Positions 38,397 to 48,627 of a stretch of 64,000 nucleotides of DNA are shown piece after piece. Position 1 is the stretch's first letter. Each line of letters begins with the position of its first letter. The notes beneath the pieces were generated by a model. That model made no database searches, was not told the origin of the DNA, and was given only the letters and a program-made list of their open reading frames with translations. Position numbers and translations under genes: made by a program. The DNA is from a virus, in the IMG/VR virus record IMGVR_UViG_3300015371_000029, positions 2,438 through 66,437 of that record; one strand, given 5' to 3'.

Positions 38397-38752
38397 TGCA
38401 TGACGGCAGCTGGCTTCGGGAAAAGCGACGCAAGATCGTCGGCCCTGGCCCTCATGCCTGTTTCTTCTGCAAGAAGATGATCGCAGGAAGGTATGTGGTT
38501 CATCATGTGGACGGGGATCATTTGAATGATTCCCCTGGGAACCTGGCTGCCGCTCACAGTCGGTGCCACAACTCGCACCACATGAAGGGGAACAAGCGTC
38601 GGGCGGGGAAAGTCCTCACCGCCGAACATAGGGCTGCCATCAGCAGGGCCAACATCGGAAACAAGCACACAACCGGAAGGACGCTGACAATGGAGCACCG
38701 TCGAAAGATCAGCGCCGCGTTCCAACGTCGGCGCGAAGGAAAGGTGAGCTGA
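38396..38752 (+). CDS. HNH homing endonuclease with NUMOD3-like repeats
   Basis: VHHVDGDHLNDSPGNL...CHNSHH; TAEHRAAIS/TMEHRRKIS. Confidence 0.8.
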   Translation: MHDGSWLREKRRKIVGPGPHACFFCKKMIAGRYVVHHVDGDHLNDSPGNLAAAHSRCHNSHHMKGNKRRAGKVLTAEHRAAISRANIGNKHTTGRTLTMEHRRKISAAFQRRREGKVS

Positions 38753-38753
38753 C

Positions 38754-39209
38754 ATGGCTGGAGGGCCAACCAGGCAGGACACACACCGGATTCACGTCAA
38801 GATCGCAGATCCGGCGAAGCCAGACGCGATGATCGACTACGGTGTCTGGGACAAGTTCTCGGGCGGCGAAGTCGATTCCGACGAGACCAAGTACAACCCC
38901 GGCGGGATGGCTCCTCCTGTCTCGCTCGGAGGGCGCAGGACGGTGGGCAATGTGACGATCTCGCGGCTGTACCGGCTGTATCGAGATCATGCGAAGTTGA
39001 ACACGTTGCTCGCCTCGGCCGGCAAGTCCAAGGCTGTGATTCAGCGTCAGCCCCTGGACATCCAGGGGAACGTCTTCGGCAACCCGCTCGTCTACAACGG
39101 GACGCTGAAGAGGGTCGCCCCGCCCGATCTGGACTCGGAGCAGTCAGGGGCAGCCCTACTGGAGCTGGAGTTCACGGTCGATGGATTCCCGCACGTGCAG
39201 AACGCCTAA
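38754..39209 (+). CDS. tail tube protein
   Basis: After the sheath; WDKFSGGEVDS..YNPGG..GNVTISRLY. Confidence 0.8.
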   Translation: MAGGPTRQDTHRIHVKIADPAKPDAMIDYGVWDKFSGGEVDSDETKYNPGGMAPPVSLGGRRTVGNVTISRLYRLYRDHAKLNTLLASAGKSKAVIQRQPLDIQGNVFGNPLVYNGTLKRVAPPDLDSEQSGAALLELEFTVDGFPHVQNA

Positions 39210-39230
39210 CGATAGGTGAAGGGAGCAGAA

Positions 39231-39824
39231 ATGACTGAAGTTGACGAAGGATTGGAGCAAGACGGCCAGGTGTCGTTCGGAGAGCTGATCGATGAGAGGT
39301 CTCCCGTCGAGGAAGACGACACAAGCCTGCTCGATGCTCTTGCCGACCAGCGGAACGTACTCTCGGAGACCCGAGAGACGTTCATCCCGATCCAGGGCTA
39401 CGAGGGATCTGGGATGACGTTGTACGCACAATACCGCCTGGTGGACGGCGACGAGCTATCGAAGATCGGACGCAGGATCACCCAACAGTTCGGTCGCAAG
39501 CAGGTCTACGAGCGGAACCTGTACGCCTCGCTCGATACCATGATCGCTGCCTGCACAGGCATCTTCATAGATCGTGGCGACGGCGAGAAGATTCAGCTCA
39601 AGCACAACGGCATGCCGATCACCGGCTTTACCCAGGAGCTAGCAGAGGCTCTGCGGTTCGCCGACGAGATCGACCCTCGTCAACCGGCCCGTTCGGTTCT
39701 TCTGGGCTTGTTCGGAAACAACATCGTTGCCATCCAGCAGCACAGCGTCTGGCTCGGTCGCTGGATGGGGGACACTTCTGCCGACATCAACGTCGAGTTC
39801 ATGGAAGCGGAGGGAAATCTCTAA
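39231..39824 (+). CDS. tail assembly chaperone
   Basis: Between tube and tape measure; ends with slippery G GGA AAT. Confidence 0.75.
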   Translation: MTEVDEGLEQDGQVSFGELIDERSPVEEDDTSLLDALADQRNVLSETRETFIPIQGYEGSGMTLYAQYRLVDGDELSKIGRRITQQFGRKQVYERNLYASLDTMIAACTGIFIDRGDGEKIQLKHNGMPITGFTQELAEALRFADEIDPRQPARSVLLGLFGNNIVAIQQHSVWLGRWMGDTSADINVEFMEAEGNL

Positions 39825-40036
39825 CGACCGATGCGCTCATGGCCGCCGCACACGTAGCCCTCTACGGAATGGATCCAATGGAGTTTCTGGATATCAAGGA
39901 CCCGTTTCGTAGAGGGCTAATGCAACTGATTGCCAACAAGGCGCATGAGCTGGACAGAAGGAGAGATCAGGAGCGGGCCAATCTCATAGCCTATGAGGTC
40001 GGCAAAATGCTCAATACTGCCTTCGGAAGGAAGTAA
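39812..40036 (+). other. programmed -1 frameshift site GGGAAAT (39812-39818) and chaperone extension
   Basis: The -1 frame is open from 39812 through ORF 39839-40036. Confidence 0.8.
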
Positions 40037-40039
40037 GCG

Positions 40040-42094
40040 GTGGCCGCTGACGAGCCGGTAATCGTCAACACGATCCTCGCAGGCTGGCGTGAATTCGTCG
40101 TAGCCGCGAATGCCGAGAAGGAGGCTATGCGTGAACTGGGCCTCCAAGTCGGCTGGACGGGCAAGGAAGGCGTCCTGCTCGGGAAGCGGTTCAACGTCGC
40201 CAACCAGGCGATGTTCACGGCTCGCCGCCTCGCTTACGGCACAACGCTCGCGGTCGTCGGTGCCGGCGTGGCTGCCCTTCACATGGGGTGGTCGTATCGG
40301 AGTGCAATGCAGGAAGCAAGTGTCGCGCTCCAGCCGGTGTTCCGAGGAACACAGGGCCTGAAGGAGGAATTGGGATCACTCTTCCGGGTCGCCGCCTTCA
40401 CGCCTTTCCAGTTCAAGGACATCACCGTTGCCTTCCGGCAGATGTACGGAGCGTTCCACCCGTTAGGGATCTCAGTAGAGACGACGAACGAGACAATTCG
40501 GTCGATGACCGACGCGCTCGCCTTCGTCGGCCGATCTTCACCAGGGGCGCTGAATCGAGTTGCAGTTGCGCTCCAGCACATGGCGTTCCAGGGACGCCTA
40601 ACAGGGCAGACGGTGCTCCAGCTCGCTCGCGACGGCCTGCCGATCTACGCCGCGCTGACGACGGAGCTAGGCTTGACGGCGGATCAGATGCACCACGTCG
40701 GTGCGCTCGGAATCCCGGCCCTGGACGCTCTGAATGCTATCAACAAGTACATATCTACGACGCCAGGGTACATGCAGGCAGCCTTGCACCAATCCACGCA
40801 GACTCTCTCGGGCGCGTTCGCCACCTTCAAGGATCTGCTTTCTCAGGCAGTTGGCGGGGCGCAGGGCGGATTCTTTGGTGGCTTGCAGAGTTTCTTCCAG
40901 CGCGTCGATCTCGCGCTCGCCCCATTCTACAGCGCCGATAAGCCGATCACGCTCACTGCCTTCGTGAAGGCTGTTGATCAGGTTTTGTCGCCGAAGACGC
41001 ACGTGATCCTGAACCTCTTCCAGCTCTTGAACGGGATCATTCTCGGGTTTACGCAGACACTGAAGGGGTTCGGCCTGGCACTCACATTCGTCACCAGCAA
41101 GCTCGGCATCATGACGGGCAACGGGAATCGAATGGGTTTTGTGTTCAAGTGGCTAGGAAGGATCATGGGCACCTTGCTCGGGATCTGGCTGCTGTATCGC
41201 ACCTACCTGATCGCGGCCCGTCTCGCGGAGCTAGCCTACACATCGGCCCTGGTGATCAAGAACTCAGTGGTCCTCATCAGTATTCTGTTGACGAACGCCG
41301 AGGCCCGTGCTCAGGCAGCCGAATACTTCATGACGAGGTTCAAGCTGATCCCGGCGATCATTCGTGCGACACTCGCCGTGAGGATGTATGCCTTGGCTCT
41401 GATCTTCGGAGGCCGGCAGAGTCGGATGTGGATCAATATGGGCAAGATGGAGAAGCTCATGGTGGCGCTCCGATTCAGACTGATCGCGCTGGCCACCGGA
41501 TTCTCGGCAATGGCGGAGTCGGTCGGGCTGAGTACGCTCGCCTTCGGCGGCATTATTGGCCTGGCGATTGCCCTGATCGCCCTGATCGTGATTCTCTACT
41601 TCAAGTGGAACTGGTTCCACAACCTTGTTAACAACACGTTTAGCTGGTTCATCCATCAGAGTCCGCTCGTGAAGTTTGCGATCCTGTCTGCCTTCGGGCC
41701 TCTCGGCTACGCTGTCGGCATGATCTACCTAATGATCAAAGCGATTCAGTCTTTGATCAAGTGGATCCACGCGATTCACTGGCCGCATCCTCCTGGCTGG
41801 CTGAAGTGGGCAGCCCTTGCTTCCAATCCTGTAGCTCTCGGCATCTACGGGATTACAAAGGCGTTCGCAGGCGGCGGTCAGATGACGCAGGCCGGTCTTG
41901 CTCTTGTCGGTGAGCGCGGGCCAGAGGTCCTGGCGCTCCCAGGCGGCGCATCCGTTACGCCGATGGAGAAAGTGTCGTTCCAGGCTCCTTCTCTCCCCAA
42001 GTACATCGAACTTCACAGCCACATCTACCTCAATCGTGAAAAGATCGCGAAGGCGGTCACGAAGCACAAGCTGGATGCGGAGGCACGCGAATGA
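40040..42094 (+). CDS. tape measure protein
   Basis: AAFTPFQFKDI tape-measure domain, hydrophobic helices, C-terminal LVGERGPE. Confidence 0.85.
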   Translation: MAADEPVIVNTILAGWREFVVAANAEKEAMRELGLQVGWTGKEGVLLGKRFNVANQAMFTARRLAYGTTLAVVGAGVAALHMGWSYRSAMQEASVALQPVFRGTQGLKEELGSLFRVAAFTPFQFKDITVAFRQMYGAFHPLGISVETTNETIRSMTDALAFVGRSSPGALNRVAVALQHMAFQGRLTGQTVLQLARDGLPIYAALTTELGLTADQMHHVGALGIPALDALNAINKYISTTPGYMQAALHQSTQTLSGAFATFKDLLSQAVGGAQGGFFGGLQSFFQRVDLALAPFYSADKPITLTAFVKAVDQVLSPKTHVILNLFQLLNGIILGFTQTLKGFGLALTFVTSKLGIMTGNGNRMGFVFKWLGRIMGTLLGIWLLYRTYLIAARLAELAYTSALVIKNSVVLISILLTNAEARAQAAEYFMTRFKLIPAIIRATLAVRMYALALIFGGRQSRMWINMGKMEKLMVALRFRLIALATGFSAMAESVGLSTLAFGGIIGLAIALIALIVILYFKWNWFHNLVNNTFSWFIHQSPLVKFAILSAFGPLGYAVGMIYLMIKAIQSLIKWIHAIHWPHPPGWLKWAALASNPVALGIYGITKAFAGGGQMTQAGLALVGERGPEVLALPGGASVTPMEKVSFQAPSLPKYIELHSHIYLNREKIAKAVTKHKLDAEARE

Positions 42095-42723
42095 CAATCA
42101 TGCCGCGCCATTTCTACGACATCAATGCCGACACCGGCGTAACGATCCGTGTCCTGCGCGACTCGACCCCACCAAGCCTGTCGGCAGGCGGCGCTCGTTG
42201 GTCGGTTGTCGAAGTCCCGCGCCGCGTCTCCTTCACGCAATGGCAGGGCCGCGATCCTTTTCAACTCGATGTTCCGATCCTCTTCAATGGCTATCCGGAC
42301 AAGAGCATCGAGAACGACTGTCGCAAGCTGACGACGATGTTCCTTAGTCCCGAATTTGAAGAGCCGCCGAAGATCACGATTGATGGCGCTCTGCCGATCT
42401 CAGATCGTCGCTGGGTCATACAGGGGATCACCTGGGGATCGAACGTCTATTGGGCGAAGACCGAAGAGGGTCAGCCCTACCGCCTGCGACAGGATGCGGT
42501 CGTTCACTTCCTGGAGTATCGGCCCGAGCGGAAGGTACACATCCTCGCAACGAACACGCTACCGAACTTCTACCAAGTACCGAAGGGTCAGACCGTTACG
42601 ATGAGGCAGATTGCGAAGGCAATCTGGGGTAGTGCCCGTCGCTGGCGCGACATTAAGAAGGCGAACCCAAACATTCGTGATCCCAATCACATCAAAGGCC
42701 CGAAGAGGGTGAGGGTGCCCTAG
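42091..42723 (+). CDS. LysM-like tube initiator/baseplate protein
   Basis: C-terminal YQVPKG..IAKAIWGSARRWRDIKKANPNIRDPNHI. Confidence 0.75.
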   Translation: MTIMPRHFYDINADTGVTIRVLRDSTPPSLSAGGARWSVVEVPRRVSFTQWQGRDPFQLDVPILFNGYPDKSIENDCRKLTTMFLSPEFEEPPKITIDGALPISDRRWVIQGITWGSNVYWAKTEEGQPYRLRQDAVVHFLEYRPERKVHILATNTLPNFYQVPKGQTVTMRQIAKAIWGSARRWRDIKKANPNIRDPNHIKGPKRVRVP

Positions 42724-44844
42724 ATGGCTCCTAAGCACAGCGCGAAGACAGCCGTTCATGTAATCGAACGGTCGCAGTTGAGCCGTCGCAAGATTCAGCG
42801 GGAGCTGATGGGCGATGACATCGACCTGGAGCAGCTCGTCGTCTACTTGAGGAGCAGGTTCCAGTTCGATGCTGCGGAGCGTGTGGTAGATCTTACCGTC
42901 AGCCGTGATATCGAGCAGGCCTCGACCATCAAGCTTACCGTGGATGACTATGATCGCTCGCTGCTCCACTCACATCGCCTACACAACAGTCTCGACATTC
43001 AGATCGATGGGATGTGGTTCAGGCTCGTGAAAGTGGAACGAACACCCGGCTCTGATCAGATGGATCTAACATTTGAGCAGAGAGAGATTGCGATTCTGCG
43101 AACCTACCCGAAGCCGCACACCCCACACAACGGTGTGATCTTCGCTGATCGCTCACAGGTCACTCGCGCTGAGTTCATCTTGCGCCTGATCCGCGAAGCG
43201 AAGGAGTTCGGCAGAGCCATTCCGGTCGTGATCCCGGAGCTGGCATTCACGCAAGAGATCGAGAAGGCTGCCGATGCTCCGACCTGGGGCAAGGCTTCTG
43301 ACGGAGCAGCGGCTGCCGGCGGGGGCATCCCGACTGATTACAACGTCTTGTCCAAGAGCGATGCGAACACTTCTCCGCAACGGGTAGCTTCGCACCAGCT
43401 TACCGTCAAGGGTACGGCGGCGACAGCGGATCAGATTCGTAACTGTAACACAATTGTCGCCACGGGGATTTCGATGGGCGTGAAGCGGAAGCTGCTCGTT
43501 GCCGCAATCATGGTTGCCACAGTCGAATCGACTCTCCACAATCTGCCCGGCGGCGACCGGGACAGCGTTGGTTTGTTCCAGCAGCGAGCAAGCTGGGGCA
43601 GCTATCAAGCTCGTCATGATCCAGCTACTTCGGCAAGGGCATTCTACAAAGCGGCAGTAGCAAAAGAACGTTTCGAGCCGACGATGCCGCTTCACAAGTT
43701 GTGCAGCGACATTCAGCGCGACTACACCTGGAACACTTCGCAGATGGGATCCAACTATGCGAAGTACGAAGACGAGGCGAAGCGTTGGGTGACTGCCTAC
43801 GGCGTTCCAGGCCTGATGCACGAGGGATCTGCAGCATCCGCTAACCTAATGGGGGACACCAGCGGCGGTGGTTCGGATTACGTCTACTACAGGGGCACGC
43901 CGAAGGAAAATGACAAAGTCTGGAAACGAGAGGATTCTTGGACTTGCATCCGTAGACTCGCGGATGAAGTTCAATGGCGCGCATTCTTCATCAGCGGAGT
44001 CTTCTACTTCATGAGCGACGACGACCTCTACAAGACTCAGCCCATCATGATCTTTGACGAGTCCACGCCGGGAGTCGAGGGTGTCGGATTCGACATCGAC
44101 ATCGGCAAGAAGACCTCCGAGCTTACGATCAATGCCCGTGTCGGATCCTGGCTCGCACCACCTGGCGCTGTCGTACTTGCCAAGAATCTCGGCCCTGCGA
44201 ACGGACGTTGGTTGGTCACCAGCTATGAACGTTCGCTCTTCAGAGAGGATCCGGCGACAATCACCGTCATCAAGCCCCAGGCCGAGCTGCCTGAGCCGCT
44301 CGATGATCAGGTTCAGACTCTGCCCAGCTGGGCGAACGTCGATCCGAAGACTGGCGACGTGCCATCCAGTGTTCCGCAGCAAGCAGGCTGGGCAGGCATT
44401 GTGACCGACGGATCCGCGAACGCAGTCGTACAAGTCGCGGAGTTCGCCTACCAAGAGGAGCAGAAGCATCACTACGCCTACCTCCAGAAGCGCCCATTCC
44501 CGGACACCCTGTTCTCGGCCGAGGCGCACGCTGGAATTGACTGCTCTGCCTTCGCGACACTTTGCTTCAAGGAGGCAGGAGCGCCCGATCCGAATGATTC
44601 CGACCCGCCCTACAACGGACAGGGTAATACCGGAACGCTCGTTCGCCACGGCAAGGCGGTGTTCTCGCCGCAGCCGGGGGATCTCATCTTCTACGGCGGC
44701 TCACCAGTGTATCCAGGACATGTCGCGGTGTACGTCGGCGGCGGCAAGGTCATCGAAATCGGATCCCAGCAGGGGATCTTGAAGATCGCCTGGAACTACC
44801 GGCCCGTGATCGCGGTTCGGCGCTATGTAGGGGCAGCCCTGTGA
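42724..44844 (+). CDS. baseplate hub with lysozyme-like and NlpC/P60 domains
   Basis: VES..NLPGGDRDSVGLFQQR; GIDCSAF...PGDLIFY...GHVAVY. Confidence 0.8.
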   Translation: MAPKHSAKTAVHVIERSQLSRRKIQRELMGDDIDLEQLVVYLRSRFQFDAAERVVDLTVSRDIEQASTIKLTVDDYDRSLLHSHRLHNSLDIQIDGMWFRLVKVERTPGSDQMDLTFEQREIAILRTYPKPHTPHNGVIFADRSQVTRAEFILRLIREAKEFGRAIPVVIPELAFTQEIEKAADAPTWGKASDGAAAAGGGIPTDYNVLSKSDANTSPQRVASHQLTVKGTAATADQIRNCNTIVATGISMGVKRKLLVAAIMVATVESTLHNLPGGDRDSVGLFQQRASWGSYQARHDPATSARAFYKAAVAKERFEPTMPLHKLCSDIQRDYTWNTSQMGSNYAKYEDEAKRWVTAYGVPGLMHEGSAASANLMGDTSGGGSDYVYYRGTPKENDKVWKREDSWTCIRRLADEVQWRAFFISGVFYFMSDDDLYKTQPIMIFDESTPGVEGVGFDIDIGKKTSELTINARVGSWLAPPGAVVLAKNLGPANGRWLVTSYERSLFREDPATITVIKPQAELPEPLDDQVQTLPSWANVDPKTGDVPSSVPQQAGWAGIVTDGSANAVVQVAEFAYQEEQKHHYAYLQKRPFPDTLFSAEAHAGIDCSAFATLCFKEAGAPDPNDSDPPYNGQGNTGTLVRHGKAVFSPQPGDLIFYGGSPVYPGHVAVYVGGGKVIEIGSQQGILKIAWNYRPVIAVRRYVGAAL

Positions 44845-46679
44845 CGCTGCATCAGGATCGTGAGGTTCGCCGCAACTCTCTGCCACGTATCTGGTCAGGG
44901 ATGGTAGCGCGAGCGCCGTCGAGCTACAATGATTTGCTCGATGTTTCGATCCCGGACATGCACCCGGATCTTGTCTTCAGCGATCTTCGCTGGACTTCTA
45001 ATGGCACGCTGCCCGAGGTAGGGGATCAGTGCCTGATCGCTTTCGACAACAATCGCGAACCTTGGGTGCTTTCGGTCTGGTCGGCCACGATGTCGGGCGG
45101 CGCATCTGGCCCCGCTGGCGGCGACCTCTCTGGTACATACCCTAATCCGACCGTTTGGCGAGCGAGTGGGACGCTCACCTTCGGAACTTCGAACGACGTT
45201 CATCTGTTCCGCACGCGTGCGCTTGGTCTACAAACCGACAGCGACATAGCGGCGCTTTCTCTTTATGCGTTTGGAGGGCCGAGTCAAGGGGGCATCTGGA
45301 GTCAGCGTCAGCTCGCTGGCGAAGTAAGCTACGCGAGTTGGGTCGGCACCGTGGGCGGCGCGGCGGACGGTTATGACCGTTTCGAAATACTCGCTGATGG
45401 CAAGACGCAATGGGGATCGGGCAGTGCTGCTCCTGACACGAACTTGTATCGTGGAGGGTCGAATTTCCTGAAGACTGATGGACAGTTCGGCATTGCTGGC
45501 CCTGTCTACGTCGATATGGCTGGTGCCGGGAACAAGCTCTACTTCGGCAGTGCACAGGATGTGAACCTTTACCGCTCGGCAGCAAGCGTACTCAAGACAG
45601 ACGGCGACCTCATCATCAACAACAATGGTACGCCTCTCGTAATCGGCAGTGCTGTAGCGAACCTTCTACGCCTCGCTCCTGTCGATGGAAACATCCTTGC
45701 ACTGCTGAACAGCGGCAACGGCTACGGTACATTTCGGGCCGAACAGATCCAACTCGATACTGACACAAATCTTTACCGTACAGGAGCCAACGTCATTACG
45801 ACCGACGGTGCGCTTCGTGCCGGGAATGATCTTCGTGCGAACTCCGGCACCGCGAACCAGGTTTGGGTCGGACATACAGGAGGTGCACTCGCCTCTCAAA
45901 TCACTTTCGGTTCGGCGCTCGATGCGATTCTTTACCGCGCGGCTGCGAACTACCTCGCGACTGACGGGCTGTACATCGATAGATCGAGTGCTGGTTACAA
46001 GATCTACTTTGGCGGCGCGGGCGACACAAATCTTTACCGTGTAGCGGCGTCGAACTTGAAGACCGACACTACGTTCAAAGCGGGCCAGAGTCTAGTTGCT
46101 GCGGAGTCAGGGTCGGGCCACGTCTACATTCGCAACAATGTCGGTCGAGTCTACTTCGGCGTCAGCGATGACACAAGTCTCTATCGCTCAGCGGCGAATA
46201 CGCTCAAGACTGACGGATCATTCGAGGCGGGCGGCCATCTATACTCCGCTTTGTACACCCAGATCGGTGGAGATTGCTACGTCGGTGGCTGGGTCTATCT
46301 TGGCTACGGAAATATCGACGTTGCATTGCTTCGCTACGGAGCCGGGATCTGCGGTCTTGTTAACAACAGCGGCGCGTTTCAGACGCACTATGCAGCGGCG
46401 TTCTCGGTGCAGTCTGATCGCAAGGCCAAGAGCGAAATTGAGCCCGCCGAAGTTTCGACAGAGAAGCTACTCAACGCGGGCATCTACACTTATCGACAGG
46501 ACGGGCGCGAGGAAGGCGACGACCGCCATTTGGGGTTGCTAGCGGACGAGTTGCCTGACGAGGTTGTGACTCGCGGCGAGACAGATGTCGTTGATCTTTA
46601 CAAGCTTTCGACTGTGCTAGTCGCGACCATTCAGCAACTCGACAGACGACTACAGGCCATCGAGGGAAAGGAGGGCTAA
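44841..46679 (+). CDS. baseplate spike/fibre with C-terminal S74-type chaperone
   Basis: LPEVGDQCLIAF N-terminus; DTNLYR repeats; SDRKAKSEI...LGLLADEL. Confidence 0.75.
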   Translation: MTLHQDREVRRNSLPRIWSGMVARAPSSYNDLLDVSIPDMHPDLVFSDLRWTSNGTLPEVGDQCLIAFDNNREPWVLSVWSATMSGGASGPAGGDLSGTYPNPTVWRASGTLTFGTSNDVHLFRTRALGLQTDSDIAALSLYAFGGPSQGGIWSQRQLAGEVSYASWVGTVGGAADGYDRFEILADGKTQWGSGSAAPDTNLYRGGSNFLKTDGQFGIAGPVYVDMAGAGNKLYFGSAQDVNLYRSAASVLKTDGDLIINNNGTPLVIGSAVANLLRLAPVDGNILALLNSGNGYGTFRAEQIQLDTDTNLYRTGANVITTDGALRAGNDLRANSGTANQVWVGHTGGALASQITFGSALDAILYRAAANYLATDGLYIDRSSAGYKIYFGGAGDTNLYRVAASNLKTDTTFKAGQSLVAAESGSGHVYIRNNVGRVYFGVSDDTSLYRSAANTLKTDGSFEAGGHLYSALYTQIGGDCYVGGWVYLGYGNIDVALLRYGAGICGLVNNSGAFQTHYAAAFSVQSDRKAKSEIEPAEVSTEKLLNAGIYTYRQDGREEGDDRHLGLLADELPDEVVTRGETDVVDLYKLSTVLVATIQQLDRRLQAIEGKEG

Positions 46680-46948
46680 TGCCCGTTGAGCAAGCGAACA
46701 CTGTACAAATCACCTGTGACAATCCGGACTGTCCAGGTACCGATCTCGACCCGGCTGACCGGACGGGGTGGTTTTTTGTGACTAGCGAGATCTACGGACA
46801 GCCGACGAAGCAACACGTCTTCTGCTGTAAGGAGTGCGCCGCTGCTGGAGCAATCAACCCCGATGTCTCGCTCGGCGAGCCGGTAGTTGTTCCGGAACCA
46901 GTGCCGGGGCCAGGACCAGGGCCAATTTCGCCAGGGCCAAGAGCATGA
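46679..46948 (+). CDS. small Cys-rich protein
   Basis: ITCDNPDC...FCCKEC. Confidence 0.55.
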   Translation: MPVEQANTVQITCDNPDCPGTDLDPADRTGWFFVTSEIYGQPTKQHVFCCKECAAAGAINPDVSLGEPVVVPEPVPGPGPGPISPGPRA

Positions 46949-47124
46949 GTGCGAACGGAACAACCCCAACTCCGGAGCAGCGGATCGCCTGGCTCCAGAA
47001 CGAGCTGAATGATGCGCATCTCGTGATTGGCCGGCAACAAGTGCAACTGCTTCAGCTGCAGCAAGCTCTCTTTCAGGCCCAGGGGCAGAAGGAGAAGGAA
47101 CAGGAGGCGAAGGTTGCCGACTGA
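46945..47124 (+). CDS. small coiled-coil protein
   Basis: ATGA overlap. Confidence 0.5.
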   Translation: MSANGTTPTPEQRIAWLQNELNDAHLVIGRQQVQLLQLQQALFQAQGQKEKEQEAKVAD

Positions 47125-47440
47125 GACTCCGCACTTCAACCTTCCGTTCAAGCTCGCTTCGCTCGGCGCGAAGGTTGTTGAGCAGGGCGAGCTAGAGGAC
47201 ATCGCTAACTGCGTGCTCGTGATCGTCAGCACGCACGTTGGCGAGCGCGATCTTGCTCCGGATCTCGGCGTCCCGGATCCGACCTTCCGGCTCATCCCAA
47301 TTGGGGCAGATCGCATCGCCTCTGTGATCGGGGAGCAGGAGCCACGCGCCTCGCTTGTTGTGACCGAGAGCATCGATCAGCGCGACGCACTACTCGACAT
47401 CATCAACATCAAGATCTCGACTGTGAGGGGCAATAACTGA
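47114..47440 (+). CDS. baseplate wedge protein (gp25/W-like)
   Basis: THVGERDLAPDLGVPD...EQEPRA. Confidence 0.75.
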   Translation: MPTETPHFNLPFKLASLGAKVVEQGELEDIANCVLVIVSTHVGERDLAPDLGVPDPTFRLIPIGADRIASVIGEQEPRASLVVTESIDQRDALLDIINIKISTVRGNN

Positions 47441-48627
47441 TGCCTGGATACATCTCTTACCCAGTCGATGCGACACCCGAGGAGATCCTGGCCACCGCGT
47501 ACAGCTACATCAAGGGACTTTCCCCGCAATGGCTGGAGAACGACGGGAATCTCGATACCTGGATCCTTCAGGCTATGGCGAGCGAGATTTCGGATGTACG
47601 CGAACTGGCGAGAGATGTTCCGGACACGATCTTCCAATACTTCGGGCAGAGCGTGCTCGGTTTCCCGGCCATCGACGCTGTCTCAGCAACCGTGAACTCG
47701 ACCTGGACGGCTATCAACAATGCTGGCTACACGATTCCTGCCGGCACCCAGGTAGCGATCCAAGACGCGCTCGGAAACCTGCAAGCGTTCCAGACGGTCG
47801 TGGACGTCATCATTCCGGCCGGAAACACTACGACGGCGACTGGAGCTGTGCTCCTGGAAGCACTACAAGCAGGGGCTGCCGGATCTGGCCTCGGCGGGGT
47901 TGGAGTTCAAGCGAAGCTACTCGACACGCTCGTTTGGGTCGGCACTGTGACGCTCACCGGCGCTACCTCTGGTGGCCTCGATGCTGAGACCTCGACTCAG
48001 TACAACGACCGGCTCGCGACGCACTTGCTACTGCTCTCGACACGGCCGATCCTCGCGGCCGACTTCTCGATCAAGGCCCTGGAAGTACCGGGCGTCTACC
48101 GTGCCGTCACCATCGACGGATACAATCCGGCAGGAGGCGGAACGTACAACAATGAGCGGATGGTTACGGTCGCCGCCGTCGATGTAAACGGTAACAATGT
48201 CTCTTCCGGCGTCAAGACGCAGATTCAGACTCTGCTCGACGCGAATCGTGAGCTCAACTTCGTAGTCTGGATGATGGATCCTACTCGCTCCTCCGTCGAT
48301 GTCACCTTCGCAGCGAAGACGTTCGCTGGCTACGACGCTGCAACTGCTGCTGCAAACGCCGTCGCTTCGATTCAGCAATATCTCAATCCAGCCACTTGGG
48401 GGATCGACCCGGCCACTTCGGATACCGGCGGCATCCAGACATGGGTCGAGAAGAACATCGTCCGCTACAGCGAGGTCGCTCAGCAGATCTCCAATGCGGA
48501 CGGGATCGACTACTGGACTTCGCTCACCATGAGATTGAGCGGCGGAACATTCGCGGCCGCAGACGTAACTGTTCCCGGCCCAGCGTCTATCGTTAGCGCC
48601 GGAACGATCACTCCCACCGTGACGTAA
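47440..48627 (+). CDS. baseplate J-like protein
   Basis: TIPAGTQV, GGLDAETSTQYNDRL, ALEVPGVYRA. Confidence 0.85.
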   Translation: MPGYISYPVDATPEEILATAYSYIKGLSPQWLENDGNLDTWILQAMASEISDVRELARDVPDTIFQYFGQSVLGFPAIDAVSATVNSTWTAINNAGYTIPAGTQVAIQDALGNLQAFQTVVDVIIPAGNTTTATGAVLLEALQAGAAGSGLGGVGVQAKLLDTLVWVGTVTLTGATSGGLDAETSTQYNDRLATHLLLLSTRPILAADFSIKALEVPGVYRAVTIDGYNPAGGGTYNNERMVTVAAVDVNGNNVSSGVKTQIQTLLDANRELNFVVWMMDPTRSSVDVTFAAKTFAGYDAATAAANAVASIQQYLNPATWGIDPATSDTGGIQTWVEKNIVRYSEVAQQISNADGIDYWTSLTMRLSGGTFAAADVTVPGPASIVSAGTITPTVT

